From the NCBI GenBank assembly GCA_020137815.1, contig CM035353.1, positions 806,001-870,000 on the forward strand: 64,000 nt of DNA, written 5' to 3'. The translations under genes and the position numbers were made by a program. Of this stretch, positions 62,082 to 64,000 are shown piece by piece; position 1 is the first letter of the stretch, and each line of letters opens with the position of its first letter. The notes beneath the pieces are model-generated. The model did no database searches and was not told the DNA's origin. It saw only the letters and a program-made list of their open reading frames with translations. This DNA is from Hormiphora californensis (Eukaryota; Animalia; Ctenophora).

Positions 62082-62777
62082 TATATGAACTCTTGGTATA
62101 TGAAATTACCCCTCTGTTATGCAATATGAACTCACTGTGAACACTTGATTTGAGCTGTAACCCACTCAAAAAGCGAACACAGGGTCAGCCGGCTTTAAGA
62201 ATATTACGCTTGATGCAGTGGGTATCTCCAGGATGTCCAGGGTACCCCCTCCATTAGGGATCACTGAGATCGTGTTTAGTTTTGGATATTTTACGATTGA
62301 TTGAGGCGAGTTATATCATTCAGAGCTGCATCTCATAATGAATGATAAATCGTGAGGGGGAAAGACGCGACATAGGGGAAGCTGGTTTTAATATTTCGAC
62401 TAACGGAATTATAGATTTATATAAAAACCTCGTCTGACATCTTTCAATCAGCTGCAATGTCTCGTTCCAAATATATAATTCCCAATTCATTCCCCCTCTT
62501 CAATCATTGGTTGAACCGTTGACAATACCCCGGTGGAGTGGTGGTGGTGCAGTAGCTTGTCTGACACCCCGCGATTTACTTAACGTTTAAGGAGAAAGAG
62601 ATTTAAGAGCGAAAAGTGAAGGATTAGAAGTCGTTGCTCTCCCCCCCCCCCACTAAAGGTACTATTGACTGCTCTGTTTCCCTCTCTCCCACCCCCTGCT
62701 TCTCAATCCTAATTGATATTCCGTCTGCAATTTGAAAGAAAAAGCCTGGGAGAGAGGGGGAGAGAGAGAGAGAGAGT

Positions 62778-62874
<97 letters not shown>

Positions 62875-63449
62875 GAGAGAGAAGAGAGAGAGAGAGAGGA
62901 GAGAGAGAGAGGAGAGAAAGAGAGAGTGAGAGAAAGAGAGAGTGAGAGAAAGAGAGAGAGAGGGGGGGGACTGAGTGAGATCACATGGATGGATCATTGT
63001 GACAGGACATGTCTGAAATTTAATCGGCGATTATCATTTGAAACATTGCCGTTCTCCCCCTTGACTAGTAAAGTTAAAATGGGCCTACAAGAAGGTATTT
63101 TGAAATCATAGAGCATGTAACAGCGTCACACAACAGATCATTTGCCTGGACCGCTCGAAATGAACAATCACAATGTTGCAGGGTGGGGAACACGTGTTTT
63201 ACCTGTTTCCCTGCAGTCCAGTCACAACTGTCAGAACATTTGAAAAGGGGAACAAGCACACGCCAATAGGGGCGTGGTTCATGGGTAATTGCAATTACAA
63301 AAACATGTGGAAATCATGGATACACGAGGTGATTAAAATTCCCCCTTTGCAGTAATGCAGTACCAGTAGCATGCATGAGAAACACAATTGTATTTTGGTT
63401 CGTGCCACTCCCCGGGCTTCTCTCTCTCCCTCTCTCTCTCTCTCCCTCC

Positions 63450-63510
<61 letters not shown>

Positions 63511-63518
63511 CCTCTCCC

Positions 63519-63551
<33 letters not shown>

Positions 63552-63737
63552 TCTCTTCTCTTTCTCTCTCTCTCTCTCTCACTCTCTCTCGTCTCCTCCT
63601 CTTCGCCTCGCTCTCTCTCTCTCTCTCTCTCTCTTCTATCTCTCTCTCCTCTCTCTCTCTCTCCCCTCTCTCTCTCTCTCTCTCTCTCTCTTGCTCTCTC
63701 TCCTCTCTGCTCTCGCTCGTTCTGCTCTCTCTTCTCT

Positions 63738-63802
<65 letters not shown>

Positions 63803-64000
63803 TCCCCCCTCTATCTCTCTCTGTCCCCCTCTGCAGCAGCAGCAGTATCCCTTGCCAATACTGCTAGTGCTCTCACTCCACGCGCGTGACCACGTGACCG
63901 TAAAAGGCGCGCTCTGATTGGCTGTTGTTGCGTGCCCCCGTGACCGACCTCTCACGCGCTCCTCTACGAAAGGCACGTGTTAAGACAGAGCATTCACACA

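Noticed and set aside
61860-63360. Possible minus-strand exons near the right end
   Set aside because: Splice-like sites exist, but I found no consistent open frame or recognisable motif.
62662-63976. ER/SL-repeat ORFs (also at 50587-50845 and 56790-58509)
   Set aside because: (GA)n/(CT)n microsatellites.

Overview
Eukaryotic, intron-rich, repeat-dense animal DNA. It is probably from a ctenophore; this is an inference from a recurrent ~105-bp MITE that I associate with Pleurobrachia-type gene models and from the frequent nested genes. Most ORF-track entries are repeat artefacts, so genes were reconstructed by hand from GT-AG exons. Left to right: (1) the 5' part of a KIAA0930/DUF2045 gene, whose intron is a ~58-bp tandem array of a synonymously recoded exon end plus donor; (2) three tandem, mosaic type-I receptors with an MNNL/C2-like N-terminus, 11-aa Cys repeats of variable number, DSL-like modules and ITIM/ITSM/EPIYA-like tyrosine tails; (3) two divergent MRPS22 paralogues sharing a 138-bp near-identical tract; (4) two truncated CRE-like retroelements; (5) two head-to-tail L2/CR1-group LINEs, both with ORF2 in the -1 frame behind an A_AAA_AAC slippery site; (6) a PACC1/TMEM206-like proton-activated chloride channel hosting a nested sulfotransferase and a Helitron; (7) a cathepsin D-like aspartic protease hosting nested genes; (8) a 7-exon, signal-peptide-bearing, bacterial AmpD/AmiD-type peptidoglycan amidase, a likely domesticated horizontal transfer. 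Many MITE/foldback elements and microsatellites are interspersed.
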